DNA of 64,000 nucleotides from Podarcis pityusensis (Eukaryota), in the NCBI GenBank assembly GCA_964106645.2, contig OZ067038.1; one strand, written 5' to 3'. The position numbers and the translations under genes were made by a program. Below are positions 24,862-39,274 of the stretch, in pieces. A model generated the notes under the pieces. The model searched no databases. It had not been told where the DNA came from and saw only the letters and a program-made list of their open reading frames with translations. The stretch's first letter is position 1, and each line of letters begins with the position of its first letter.

Positions 24862-27517
24862 CTAGTAAGCCATATTGCACTTAGTGGGTTTTACTTCTAA
24901 GCAAGCATGTTTATGAGTGCATTGTCAATTATTTCAAAGCTTTTACTTGTTCTAAGCTACCTTGGGCAGGTGCTGACAATAAGCTGGCACAAACACAAAT
25001 TCACAAAGCTTTTGTTTGACAGAATTAATTGGGTATGGAGGCGGGAGTGCAGGTTTGTCATAAGATGCATTTTTGATCCATCCAGATCTCCTACAAGAAA
25101 TTCTCAGCTCTGCAGAAGCAGCATGGATGTGAGGTGTTGTATAAGGTGCCAAAGTAGATATTTCTCATTTTGCTGAACACAATACATGTATTTTACACAA
25201 TTAATGCAAAGAAAGCTGAAGACAGGTTTGTATCTGTAATAAAGCCTCCTCTTCACCTCTCCTCACTATTTCATTCTCATGTTTTCTTTCTTCTTCGTCA
25301 TTTGAAATAATAATAATGTATGTCCATATTTTGGCATGTTTAGAATGTGGTGATTTCTTTCCTGCCATCTGTTCTACTATCCTCTTGTGACATCTATACT
25401 CCAGGGAGCATATGCTAGTCGTTGAGGGCCAGGAAAATGAAAGTTTATTCCTACAGCATCTGCAGAAGCACAGAGATGAAATAGGAACAGGTTAAAAACC
25501 CAGGCATAGGATTAAAGTGCACTGCAGATATATTTCAATGATATTACTCTGTTATTAATAGCAGCTCAGCCGAATATGTGGTTTTATTGCATCTGTTTAG
25601 ATTTCCCACCACTGCTGTCATAAATATCCACACTGTCCCAGCAATCATGATACAATTGAAAGAATAGGGTAGTGAATGGTATTTCTTTCTAATTCAACAG
25701 TTTACAAAATAAAGCCATTGGAGTCTTGTCCTTCCACCCTTCCATTTGCCTATAACCCACTGACATTCCTGGGAAAGATGTATATTGTCACAAAGAAGAA
25801 TTAAATTCCACTCAACAAGTGTGCTTCTTTTTCACTACAGGCTGGGATAGGTGATGGAAAGGAAAAGGTCTTTTATTTGAGCTGTGAGCCAAATATGCGA
25901 TATTATGTGTGACCTTATATTCTCCAAGTACATGCAGTACAAGATAGGCCAAGAGAAAGAGATGTTTTTCAACTTTTTTCAGCTTAAACAAGAACAAACT
26001 ATGTAAGACACAGGTACAGATCACACAAAAAAATGAATAAAATTTGTTGTATGACAATTTAAGAAGAACTCAGTGTGACTGAACTAGCTGGGGCATGTGG
26101 GAATGCATATGTCACAGTTGCATTTGAGAAATGGGAACTAGAACAATGTTTGCTTTAATTCACGAATATGCATGAATGAATTCCCCTTTATTTAAAGGTT
26201 CTGTTGAATTAGCACCCACTCTTCCTCTATAGACATAACAAACTTCTAATGCAATGTTCTCACCTCTGACAAATGCAGCAGCGATAATTCTGGAAACCAT
26301 TGTGCTGACTGCAGTGTAACACATCTCTTTTCACTCAAGTACAAATTCTGCCAAATTCTACCCAAAGCAAAATTCAAGGTGAACATGAGGATTTCTGCTT
26401 GGCACCCAAAGAAATGCCTCCCATTTTCATATCAGCAGTCTGGGGGAGGCTATTGGAGAAAGGCTATCTTCAGGCCAGAGGATTTGCCTTTTAAGGCTCC
26501 AAAGTCCTCTCAACTGGCTGAAGCCTAGAGAAGGTATGCATAAAAGAGGCAGAAAAGGCTTCAGTCTGCTCCCAGCCTTTGTTGGAGTCAATTTCTCACC
26601 CAGCAACCTTGCCACTTTCCCTATGGTATCTGGCATAGGACCACAACACAGGACGCCGTTTCTAACATGGATCACTGAGCACACATTGCTCCAAATGTAA
26701 CCCCATCATAGATCTTTTTATAAAAGCATTATGATATTGGCAGTCTTACTTCCATTTCCTTCCCTAATCCAAACGCCAAATAATAACAGAGCAGATTGAA
26801 ATCAACTTTGAAATTAATATGTACACTTCTCCCCACCACAATAAATAAATAATCAAGTAAGAATTAGATTAGACTATAGCAGAGATGGATACAAGGTTGA
26901 CTCAATCCTTTTTGCCAACTACGACAGGGGCCACCTTGCTGGCAGCCCTCTACTTAACAGCAGCTGCCACCGCTAAATTGCTTCAAGTCTCATGAAGCTT
27001 CACCAAGCTTGGGTTGAAATATAATAAACCTTCACTAAGTCTCATGTCATGAGTCTTGGCTTGGCAAGACTTGCTGAAGGCTTACACTAGGGCTCACTCC
27101 TTCAGTCTGTGGGTGGCTGCTACCTCGTCTAGTGTTCCAGCTGCCACCGGGCCAAATGCCAGCATCCATGGAATGTCTGGCCAGGCAGCAGCCACATCTC
27201 TTTTGTTGAAGCTACCATACTTGAACCAGAAGAGAAAGTGATCCACCAGCAGCTCTACATAGCCTTGAACCATGACTGGCAGATGGCATGGAAATAGGAG
27301 CTCAGCCAAGGTTGCAGTCATTCTGCCAGAGATTATCTTATCCCATTCCTTGGATGGAAACAGAGACATTTCTCACTTCTTCCCTTCAAGTGACCATCCT
27401 CAACCCCCCACTTTTGTACATCCCCTCCCAAGTATTTCCTGTCAGAAGAAGAGCAGTTGCTGCCACCACTATACCAACAGCACACATGCCTTCCACTGTC
27501 CTGAGAAAACCCATTAA

Positions 27518-27570
27518 TCTTCTATTCTATTCTATTCTATTCTATTCTATTCTATTCTATTCTATTCTAT
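27518..27570. repeat. (TTCTA)n pentanucleotide microsatellite
   Basis: Directly visible. Confidence 0.95.
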
Positions 27571-29291
27571 GGTAGATTTACAAAAAAGTAAAGCACACAC
27601 CAATAAACCAGTTTCATTAAGCGGCAAGATTAGACACAGATGCACAAAGCATTTAAAAAATAATCAAGACTCCTTGCACTCCCCCTTTCTTCCCACCCAG
27701 GACGACTGGCCCTGCCCTCTGCCTTCCGTCTCAGAGTCGGCAAGTCACACAGGCTTGGGCCTTGACAGCCACAGCCTCTCCTCCTCCTGTCTCACTCTCC
27801 AGCAGTTGATATCAGCTGCCCAAGGGAGGAGGCTGACAGACGCAGCCATGGAGAGACAACAGGATGCTGCCTTGCAGCCACAGTTGTCATTGTTGGGGAG
27901 AAGCAGCGGCTCATCTTCCTCCCAAGCTCAGCAGTGGTGGCACCGACAGGGGAAATAGGGACATTCCAAGATCAAATCAGCAGCCAGGATGTCTTTCATA
28001 ATTCTAGGATGGTCCCTGGAAAATCAAGACACTTGACAGCTACACTAAGGCAGGAGAAACCTCAAGATCACCATGCACTGTCCCTAATGCTCCCATCCCA
28101 TGTCTCCTAGGCTCTGCTCTCAGCCATCTATTTGGGCTCAAGGATCTCCCTGGTCTTCACAGGGGTTACAGTGAATTCCTTTCTGCATCCCAGGCTTCTT
28201 CCCTTGCTCCATGGAGTTCCACGGTCCATTGAGTGATTCCCTTATTCCTCCACAACCATCTTCCTGAGATATATGCCATCTCTCTCCCAGCTGTCACACC
28301 AGGCTGTTTAAATGGTCCAGCCTTCCTCTGCCCAAACTTCCTTCAGGCTCCACTGAAGTGTAGTGTGGTGGCTAATATTCACCCACCAAAAGGGATGAGG
28401 CTTGACAGGAAGAGTCAGATTGAAGGGACAGAAACGCCAGAGAAAATTTGGTTGAAGCAAATTAGGCCTTGGGCCACATATGCCAAGGGTAACCTGCCTC
28501 CGGATTACAACATCTATTTAGGGTGCTAGGAGAAGGTAGGGGTCTTCTGAAGAGTGAAGATGAAAATATTGCATGTGAGGAGAAAATCATGATTAAATTT
28601 GGAAAATTAATGGTGTTAACTTGCCTAATTTTCTGATTATTCACATTTGAATCTATTATATTTAGTAAATCTGAGCCAAACATTTCCTTTTTCATTCAGT
28701 GTTTGCATCTTACATATAATTTTTAATTTTAAAGTCGCAGCAACAATTCCCCATTCTGAATAACAGCTATGAATACTTTTTAATTTTTTTTTTTTTTAAA
28801 ATGATGAGACTTTTAAAAATGCCAATCTTCAAAAGTCAAATAAAACACCGTAGCACTGAGCCAAATTTGACACCTGCAAATTAAGACGACGATTCAAAGG
28901 TATTTACTGAGAAACTGCAGATAGAGCTGGGCTTCTAAGTTGTTCTCTTACTTTGTTATTTCTTTTTGTTTTCTTGCACAGAAGCTCCCCTGTTGCACCT
29001 CATAAGCATGGAAGGATGCCATTTTAAAAAGAAAAATTAAAGGCCCACCTGCACAAGAAAACCCCTTGCAGAAGCATAATGAGGCTTGTTTAGGCAGACT
29101 CCCCTGAGTATTAATTATTCTTTCCTTGAACAACCCAGGTCTGTAAACTTCTTAAAATGCAACCATTCATTATTTATTCAAAAGCTGATATTGTATTGTG
29201 TGGGGCAGTGCAAATTTGGCTAATAAACTTTCTGCTAATCCAGAAGTAGGTCAGACTTGATTTATCTTTATGAATATCCACCCCCCCCCAT

Positions 29292-29334
<43 letters not shown>

Positions 29335-30644
29335 AGTCTACTTAAATCTTTTCCTGTTTTTCTCTGGGCTGCTGCTAAATGGCTACAAGTATCCAGAAAT
29401 TTTACATTATAATTCATGTTTGTAGTGCTGAGCAGGACATGTCTCTAGAAAGTTGACCAACTCAGAATCTGCTGCTTGGAACTTGGCCATTTTTGCTCCA
29501 AATCATTGCACTATGTTGTGCAACTTTGCCTACAACCACGGAGGTGAGTCAGTGATAGAACTGGTTTGTTCCAACAGTTACAGACAAGGGTGAAAGGAGG
29601 GCAGTGTGAGTCTTCTGCCCTCCAAGATTTCAACTGCTGGCATAGGAATACACCGCTGGCTGACTTTAGCAAGGCAACCTTATTCCCATGATGCGAGCGC
29701 AGTCATGAATCCATTGGTTTAACATCTGACAGATGGTGTGAGAACTGAGGTGGCACCAGAGGTCTCAGAGCCCTTCACCCTCCTTAACATCCACAATCTT
29801 CATTAGATTGTCTTCCAGTGATCACCCAGCTGTTCAACAACACTATTATGAATTACTAGAGACACTGTTGTGGAATGCCCTTCCAGAGATGGTCAAGTGG
29901 TATGTTTTCTTTCTTGCATTTTTAAAATAAAATATTTGCGACTTCCCACCAGCCTTCCCCCCCCACCCCCCAGATGATTGTTTGCATCCTCTGATAAACC
30001 TATCAGAGACCTGTAAAGGCTTACCAATGTGATGCTGTCTTGAATGCTGCCTGTGATGTTCTGAAGAGCTCCATGTTTTGTTTAGTTAAAGTGGAGGAAC
30101 ATAGGTGGGTATTTTTATAGTACAGTACCTTAAATGAGGCTTTTAACACTTTTTAAAAAAATCCTCCACTGCTGTACATTAACAAAAAACAAAAAACAAA
30201 AAAACACACAATCCAGAGTTCCACAAGTAATATTTTCAACAGCCTTGCTTCTTGCAAAGCCTATGGATCCAAAGAACCATAGAGATATTATATAAGAAAC
30301 ATAGATCTGTATTGGCACAGAAAGAGCGTGGGACCTAATCAGACTGGGGACCGCACACAGAGGCGATGCCCACTCCTAGTACTTGGTGGCATGCTGCCTC
30401 TGAATACGGAAGACACCCAAAAGAACTGATGATGAGGCATGCAAATGAATGCAGGTCATTGTGTTTCATACCCAACACTATAAAATAGCATAGAAACATA
30501 CAATACAACCAAGAGCAATTTGCCTTCCCGGCCACTTTGATCTGAGCTAAGCAGGAACAGAGTGAGAACCTTGATCATGTGACCATTGCAGATCAAAGCT
30601 ACATGGCAAATGCCAGTCATGGGAAACTTTATCTGTTAGTACTA

Positions 30645-30846
30645 CAGTGGTACCTCGGGTTAAGTACTTAATTCGTTCCGGAGGTCCATTCTTAACCTGA
30701 AACTGTTCTTAATCTGAAGCACCACTTTAGCTAATGGGGCCTCCTGCTGCCGCCGGAGCACAATTTCTGTTCTCATCCTGAAGCAAAGTACTTAACCCGA
30801 GGTACTATTTCTGGGTTAGCGGAGTCTGTAACCCGAGGCACCACTG
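30645..30846 (-). mobile_element. Tc1/mariner-type MITE, copy 5
   Basis: TA|CAGTGGTACCTCGGG...CCCGAGGCACCACTG|TA (one TIR mismatch). Confidence 0.9.
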
Positions 30847-31004
30847 TACTAGACTTGACTTCTTTGTAGTTATTGTTATCAACAAGTTTAAAAATCACAG
30901 CCTGAAGCCATCTATATATCAAGATAAGCATTAAAGAATATACATTAAGTACAAGTTATTTTTTTAAAAAAAAAACCCACACAAAAAAAACATATTCAGA
31001 TGTA

Positions 31005-31262
31005 TTGTTAATGATTGGGTCACATCTCAGGCAAAAGATTGTTAAGCAAAACATATCTTCAGTGGGCACCTAAATGCAATTATGCCGTGTGTGTTTAATT
31101 TGGGTTAGTAATTGATTCCAGAGGCCTGGAGCTGCAAAACTGAAAACCCGGTTTCTAGTACAAACTAAGCATGCCTCTGGGGCATGTGGTACCTTCAGCA
31201 GTGTTCCATCTGAGAAGTGCAGTTGCCTAGGAGGTATACATGGGTGAGGCAGTCCTATAGAT
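31005..31262 (-). mobile_element. L2 LINE 3' fragment, decayed
   Basis: Antisense L2-type motifs (tcttcagtgggcacctaaa, ttccagaggcctggagctgcaaaactgaaaa) shared with other L2 remnants in the window. Confidence 0.5.
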
Positions 31263-32537
31263 AGCAGTGTTGCCTCAGTTTGTTACAGCACCTTTCAATT
31301 TGCTGATTGCAGCTACAGTTCAGAATCAACTCAGACTCTTTCCAGTACAAGAAAAAGCCTGCTGTCTCCAGCTAAATATGCAACAGCTTTGGAACAATTT
31401 TGTGATGTCTGGAAATTGAGCGCCTCTTACTGGGAACATCTACTTAATGGACCCAGTGAAGTCAAATAACAAATATTTTAGGGCATCAATAAAAACAACT
31501 TAAGGTTCCAGAAAATTAGCTGTAGTTTGTCACAACATGGGGTTTGCAAACTCACTAAGCACAGAGAAAACATGGATGGCAACTGCGCGAGCAGGTGTGG
31601 GTGGCCACTCCATACTCTGGATCACTATTTTGACATGTTTGCCAGCTGGTAAGTGAATGCAGAGCATGAAATCAGACTTGGAGCAATCCAATGTTGGATT
31701 ACTCTCAGCTGATACTGGCTGAGAGAAGATGGCCCTTTTCCCATCAAATAAGCACAGAACCACAACTCAATTCATTTCCCTAGAGCTTAGGTTGTCACTC
31801 CAATATCCAGGCTCCATCAAATAGTTCCTCTGTGTCCATCCAGGCATAATGCCTCTAGATAGTCTGCAGCCAACCTGCAGCAATCTTTGGCTGTATGTTG
31901 AAGCCCTGAAAATCGGCTCTTTTTTTTTTAATATTTAGCATGCATTTAATGGCATTGTTATATAGAAGCCAAAGGTGCTTAGGTCCACCATGCAAAGGGC
32001 CAATAAAGGAATGACTTTGGAGGAGTTCAAAATAAAAATGAACAGGAATACCCCTATGGCTTTGAGGATGTTCTTTTACACAGCCACCTAGAAATGCGGA
32101 CTGAATCCTTAAGGTTGCTTCGGTCGCATCAGAGCTGATGCAATACATCTCTTTTTCATATTACTCTGTCTCTAGCACTCCTTCACCAATGTCAGGTCTT
32201 AAATCATGTGGGACAAATTTGAGACCTGGCTCTTCCTTGCTAGCATTAGCTAAGCTCCCAGGAGGGAAGTGCCTGTGTTGCTGACCTGGGGCAGTGTGGG
32301 AAGGAAACCCACAGAGGGAATGTTAGGCCAGGCTCTAGGAATCCCAGATTATCCTTTTCTCCCACTTGTACGCAACTGAATGCTAAAAGGGAGCAGACTT
32401 CTCCTATAATTGCTAAATGCTATGGTTTCCTCCAAAGAAGTGCAAAGGAGTTCAGATCACTTCCATGCATGAGCGTCTGCCACTTCCCACTATAATTTCC
32501 TAAGTTGCCTTGAAGTCGTGCTACCTGTGGAATATTA

Positions 32538-32795
<258 letters not shown>

Positions 32796-35146
32796 TTAGC
32801 CTATCAGGGTTTCCCATCCCACTTTCAGTCTCTTTCTTTCTTTCCCTTGCAAAGCTGTCTGGCCACCATTAATGAGCTGCCCCTAGAAGAGATGATGCTG
32901 TTGATGACACATTTGTGAATAAGAGCATAAAGAGGCTGCATTTATATTTTATGCTGTTCACATGAGCTTTCAACAGTTCTTGTGGTAGCTTATGAAAGCC
33001 AGTGATGGGCTGTATCTACACTTCCCACACCCTTGGTACAAACCTGGATGCTTGCAATTATTTCAGAAGGTTGTATCATGGGTAAGGCATTGGATCTAGC
33101 CAGTGGGCTAGATCCCTCCCTCTCCCACCCTCCACAGGTTAACTTCGACAGGTTAACTTTGGCAGTCATTGACATTGATTGACATCTGCCGAAGTTCAGC
33201 TGAAGAGAACCTACAGCAGCATTCTTTGAAGGTGCAGTCTCAGTGCCAATCAGCAAATTGGAGATAGGAGTGTGCCTTCAAAGAGGCTTACTCCATCAGC
33301 ACAGAGCAGTTTTTTGTTGGAGTGGCTTGTTAGAATGGAGGGAAAAGGCTCCATTTTAGCAAGTGGTTTCAATTCAAAACACTGTATCCACAATGCTATG
33401 TCTGGAAGGCTGGACACCACTTTGTGCAACCAGGATGAGTATACTATGCCAAATAGCGTGGCATGCCTTTCCAAGTGGATGGAGCTTTCTGCAAGCCCTG
33501 TTCCAGCACTCACAACCTCTTCAGAAGCACATCTGCTGAAGCGTCTACAGACAGCTGCCTCACTGCATAAGTAAGGACGGGTAAAGAAGAGGACAGAATT
33601 CACAGTAAAATAATGTTTATATTAGGCCTCCAACCAGTCTTCATAGTTCATATGCAAGATTCTGAGTTGGGCAAAATTCTTTCTCAGGACGAGCCCAGTG
33701 CTAAGCCCTTGTTTTAAGATGGCAAAGAGAGAAACTCTTTCAGACTTAATTAGTGTATGCCACAAGTTGTACAGGTCTTCTCCACAGTATATGAGGCCCA
33801 AATATGCATCAAGAACCAAATAATTCAATTTTATTTTGTAGAGAGTGTGCATTTTAGAATGTTAGTCATGTTGTGTGGGGTTTTTTTCTTAATGATTGAC
33901 TTAAACCATGAAATTTCTATTGCTCCTATAAGATAATAAATGAGAATATTGGATAATTTGGTCTAAAAACATCACTGAGCCACAGATTTCCATATACTTT
34001 TGAACCCAAAATGCAAATGAAGCTAGTGACAAAAAAATAAAAATGCTTTGCTCATTTCCTATTCTACTGCATGACTACTGTCCTAGTTAGTATATACAGC
34101 CGTGAATTTCACTCAAGCATAAACCCACAGATATTCACTGAATCTCCCTTGGAGGGAAACTTGAGTATATAATTAGTGGGGAAATCCTGCAGGTTAGCAA
34201 AATCTCAGACTTCACAAGCATCTTCCAGCTCTTATAAATATGGCTAAATACATTTTAAAATGTGTTAATGCTACATTAAGGTTAGGAGAGTCAAGGAATG
34301 GAAAGCTTCAGGCTCTCACAATAACATTAATTCACTGCATATTTTAAATTAAAATGTAAAACAGAGTAACTGGGGTGTTTTTTTCCGGGGATAGATCTCC
34401 TGAGTTGTGCAGCAATCTTCCAAAAGGTAATCCTTCTCTCTGAAGACCACTAATCCATAAATAGATTATAAATGCTGGACCTTTGCACACACATCTATGA
34501 GTAACTTGGCAAAACCAGGACACTTCAAGCAGGAGAAATGGGGTTGGTTCAAGGCAGTGAATCAACAGTAGCTTTCCCTTACTGTGATTCTTACAAAATG
34601 AGCCCTTTGCATGGGCTTTCACAACAATTATGCCAGAAGCTAGTTCCAGAATTTACAAAGATGTCAGATGCTCAAAAGTGGCATGCTTTATCTTACTTGT
34701 AGAATTTGAATTCACTTGCAGTTCTAACATTTATAACCACAGCATACGTTTCAAGGAATACAGCAGCTTTTACTATTACAACTTATTCAGCATTGTCCTC
34801 ACCCCCTCCAAGATGGTGCTCTGCCCACTGACAAGCCTGTAAAACTGGTGCTCAGCATAAATAGAGTCTTCCCTGCCTAGTAAGTCTTCTCCTTTGAACA
34901 TTTTGGAAATGTCTCCTTCTGCTGGTGCTGGTCTCTTGCTAACAAAATATGAGCCCACCTCTTTTGGGGGTTTTGTGTGTGTGTTTTTAAATAAATACTT
35001 TCAACTTCATTTGCTAAACTGGTACCCTCCCAGCATCTAATAAATACTTGTTTTGATTTTATTTATTTAAATATTTATAAATCACATTTTCATAGAAAAT
35101 TTAACAAAGTGCTGTACAACATGAAAGCATAATACATCCCTCTATA

Positions 35147-35537
35147 TCTATAATAAAAATGTAACTATGTCATCACACTGCAGTTCTCTTAGCCACAGAC
35201 AAGTGGTGCTGTGAACAACAGTGTGTTAAGGGGCAGTGGATAGGCAGCCCAGACAAACCATGGGATAACCAAAATAGGCTGCACCAAACCCCAAGCTCTA
35301 CTGGCTCCTCTGCCGGCCCTCAGGATCCAGAACCTCAGACCGGTTAGAACAACTAGTGGTCAAATTCCGCCTCCCTGGCCAGCTTAGGGATTTGCTGCTT
35401 CTGCTGCCTCCCACTCCTGTTCTAAGGGGTTAGTATGAGGGGAGTGGGAGTTGAAAAGGGGTGGGGGTGGGGAGAATTTGATGGGGGAGGGAGGGAAGGT
35501 TAGCAAGCGGTGTGAGATGATGTGCAGCCCCTAATAG
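35147..35537 (+). mobile_element. Candidate non-autonomous Helitron
   Basis: A|TCTATAATAAAAATG start, GC-rich body, decayed subterminal hairpin, (C>A)TAG|T end, no TSD; interrupts an antisense L2 tail. Confidence 0.4.
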
Positions 35538-35559
35538 TACAACAAGAACATCAATACCT

Positions 35560-35930
35560 TCTCAATAAAACTGGATAGCAAAAAGAAAAAGTTCCAAAGG
35601 ACTGTTTCAAAAGTACAGTTCTGCAAAGAAAGCAGGGGTGACTGCTAGCTGACTTCTATTGGCAAGGAGTTCCACAGCGCATGGCCTGCCACACTCAAGG
35701 TTCAGTTCCTGGTGAAAGGTGACTGAACTTGAGGGAAATGAGGGGACCAGAAGTGCCCCATCTCAGTGGGTGAGGTGAAACATAAGAAATCAAAAAGTCA
35801 TTGAAATACTTTGGGCCCAAGTTGCTTTGGGCTTTGTGGATTAACACAAGAATCTGAAAAATGGTCTACCTCAAATCAGCAAGGAGTGCAGTTCTCTCAA
35901 CAAAGAAGTAACATGTTGCCACTACCCTGC
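35560..35930 (-). mobile_element. L2 LINE fragment, decayed
   Basis: ggcaaggagttccacagcgcatggcctgccacactcaagg...gggcccaagttgctttgggctttgt, antisense L2 ORF2/3' motifs. Confidence 0.55.
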
Positions 35931-36624
35931 ATCCCCACATAAAGTGTTTTTTTGACCCATGTTCATGCATTTGTCTTACATGACTTTACATACGTATGTT
36001 GCACAAATAGCATACTCAAGCATAAGAAGAAAGGACTTAAAATAATACCAGTGAATAGTCAAAATGGTTTCACTTAAAGGTTTATTCTAGGGAAAAGAAA
36101 CATGCTGGGATTGTTAAAATTTATGATTACCTAAGCACCAGCACAAGGAAGTAAGTGCTGCACATCCTTAATCTCAAAGAAAGTGGCATATTCCTGAGGG
36201 GAATGAGTTATGAAATATTCAGCTTAGAATGCAAATATTCAGCTTAGAATGGACCTCACAACAAAACGTTAGAGCGGATATCTGGTGTATGTGCCTTTAC
36301 AGAGCATCAGTCTGTGGGGACTGGGGGGGGGGGGAAATCACAAGCATCAAAGCTACGACTCTTTCTTCCAAACACATACGTTACAAAGACATAGCACAGC
36401 TGTAATGCTCACCACCTGGATGCTGAAAAAGCTACCCTCCATACTCCATTGTTTGGGCAATAGAAGAAAATCCCAGGTTCTTGTAAATTCATAAAATACA
36501 ATCATTATCTCAGTAATCTTTACAAAAATGCTAGAAAGTGGGCCACATTATATTTCAAGGAGGGGTTCAGTCAGAGACAGAGACACCTGCTTCAGTACTC
36601 CTCAGGAATTCATAGCAAAGCAGA

Positions 36625-36842
36625 GAGCTGGGTAGCAGTTAGAATGTTGGGCTAAGACTTGAAAGACCCAGCTTCAAATCCTAACATTGCCATGAAATTC
36701 ACTAGACTATCTTTGACCAGTCATTTTCTTTTAGCCCACCCTACCTCACATGGTTGTTATGAGGCTAAAATGAGGAGGGGGTGAACCATGTGTGCTGCCT
36801 TTATCTTATTGGAGGAAAGGTGGGAAATTAAATATAATAAAT
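36625..36842 (+). mobile_element. MIR-like CORE SINE
   Basis: tRNA-like head (gacccagcttcaaatcc), CORE ccctacctcacatggttgttatgagg, L2-like tail ggaggaaaggtggga...aataaat. Confidence 0.7.
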
Positions 36843-38097
36843 CAATAATTGAAAAATCAAACCAAGGTGGTCACAGTGCAGCCTGTCATCTAGTACACTT
36901 TGCTGGCTCTCAGAATATACATATTTTGGTGAGTTGCCACCACAGCTTCTCAGTTGTCACAATTGGTTTCTCCACGATGAAGTAGTCAGAACTAGGAAAT
37001 CAATTATTTTTCACTGTCAAGGACCCAGAAACTCAGCAGTGGAATGTATGTGAATTTCCCACCAGCATGAATCAAGAGCTTACATCCTATGATTCTTCTG
37101 AAGGGATCGGGTAATATTCTGGAGTCATGATTTTTGCAACTTATACATGACTTTGAAGCCTATCCTTTGTCATTTATTAAGACTCATCTCCTTAATACTG
37201 TGTAGGCTAGTCTTCAAATTCCTTAAGTAAATATGGAACACGGGTCAAATAATAAATTGATTCATTTCTAATGAGAGAATCTTAAAAATCCTAGATAGAA
37301 AGTGTTTTCCTTTTAAGTCAGATGAATATTGACAACTAACTAATGAAAAAGGGGTGCTGAACCAATCACAACCAAGAGAAGCAAAAGCAAACACCATATA
37401 ATCTGCAAAAATAAAGGAAATTGATGCCACTATGGATGAAGAAACAGACAGTGCAGCTAGCTGGCTTTCATTATTGACTCTTCTGGATTCTGGCTTCCAA
37501 CGTATCATTTTATTCATTGTTAAAATCCCAGTAAATTTTGCACATAATGTTGTGATCATGCGGCATGCATAGCTTTGATTGAAACTGTAAATTGTTTCCA
37601 TATAGTAGGCAAGATTCATATTTTTATTTTATTTTAGGTGAGATAAAATCCCTCTTAGCATTGCATGCTTAATGCCCCACTTTGTTTTAAAGACATAAAT
37701 GTTGCATTTTTCTACAATGCTTTCAACATTACTTAGGAGTGTGATAACTCCCACTTTTAGCATCAATGGTTTCCTACCTTCGCTACCAGCAATTTGAATT
37801 TACTAGCAAGAGAAATAATACATTGCAGCTGGAAACTGACCTAGTACTCTTTGTAGAGCAATCAAACAGGAGGCACTTACTGATAAACAGCATTCTGTTC
37901 CTCCTGCTGCAATGCAATAAACCTTCAGTTATTAACTAGTTAACTTTCTTTGCAATGGCTTCTACTGATGGGAATGGCCATGGCTTAGTGGCAAGGCACA
38001 GGCTTTACATGCAAAGGGTCCAAAATTCAATCCCTGGCATTCCCAGATAGGGCTGGGAAATACTCCTGTTTGCAACCCTAGATATCTCTGCAAGTCA

Positions 38098-38884
38098 GGG
38101 CTCATTCACACTGAACTTTTGTCCTGTGCTGTCTAGGCACAGGTCCAGATTTTAAAGCTCCATGTTTGAGTGGTTTTGGGGTCCCCCACACTGCTTTCTC
38201 CAGGAAAAGCCAGTCTTTACAGCAAACAGCAATTCAGGATTTCTGAAGATTGCATTTGCTCCTATTCAGTGGTAGAGAGTGGGTTTTTTGCAGGGAAAGT
38301 GGGGTGTGTTTGTGTTGGGAAAAGGAGATTTGCCTAGAAATGCAGAGCAAAGGTGTGGTGATCACACAGGGCCCCCGGACGTTTCACGGTCTATTGACCC
38401 TGTGCCACCACTGCGGTTGCTTTCTTCGCTGCCACCACCCCGCTTCTCACTGGGACACACGGAGTCCAGACAGTTGTTAACATAAACAAATAATCAAGTT
38501 TATTTTTAAGTGCAAGAATAAGCGTATGGTTTCGGTTTATTTTTCTCTTGTCAGTTTCTTCAAACTTAGTTCCTACAACTTCAAACTGAATTAATCCCAA
38601 CTATCTATCTAACTCCCTAACAATTCCTCTCACTCTCTCACAATACAGCTCAACCAACCCACTGCGTATTCCACCCTCTTTCTTCTTAAGCACCCAAGCT
38701 TCAACTCCCCACTGACAAACCTCAACTCCCAACTCCCAAACCTCAACTGTCTTTTCAAAACCTCCCACTCTATCTTTTACTCCCCCCTTGCATTCTCACT
38801 GACCAATCACATCACACCCATTTTAACCCTTTCCTTGACACATCCTAGGGGCAAACGCCACAAAAGGTAAGTGTGGATGAGACC
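38098..38884. mobile_element. PIF/Harbinger-like TIR element interrupted by a solo LTR
   Basis: TIRs GGGCTCATTCACACT / AGTGTGGATGAGACC; 3-bp flanks TCA/TCT. Confidence 0.6.
38354..38862. mobile_element. Solo LTR (509 bp) with a perfect 5-bp TSD
   Basis: AAAGG|TGTGGTG...CGCCACA|AAAGG; AATAAA on the minus strand near 38500. Confidence 0.85.
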
Positions 38885-39274
38885 TCTGTGTATGCAAGAA
38901 CATAGGAAGAGTTTGCTGGATCAGGCCAATAGCCCATCTAGTTCAGCATCCTGTGGCCTACCAGATGTTTGTGGGAAACCATCAAGCAGCACTTGAGCAC
39001 AAGAGCACTATTCCCTCCTGTGGTTTCCTGTTAAGTCCGCTCACCTTCAATGGTAGATGGTGTTGCGGCCAGGCCACAGCTGTGCCCGTGATCCAGCAAA
39101 TGGCTGGGTCGGATGGCCTGCCTGCTGGTGATTGGCCAATACTGGAAAGTTTAGGGTGAGGGTTCCCTTGGGAGTGGGGCAGGCCCAACTGGCCAATGGG
39201 CACCTCTTGGGCTTGCTCCCAGGGGGACTAAATTGTGGCCTGTCTGGTCTCTCCTCCCCAGCCTTTTTCATCAA

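Noticed and set aside
32990-33603. Cluster of 88-117 aa ORFs just upstream of the 111-bp exon, considered as a possible exon 1 or alternative exon
   Set aside because: No signal-peptide-like CNTNAP N-terminus or recognisable domain, and no CpG island; exon 1 probably lies beyond the window.
36213-36251. 20-bp tandem duplication (similar short ones near 40201, 52168, 60417 and 61026)
   Set aside because: Ordinary slippage or repair duplications; two units only, no spacers, not CRISPR-like.
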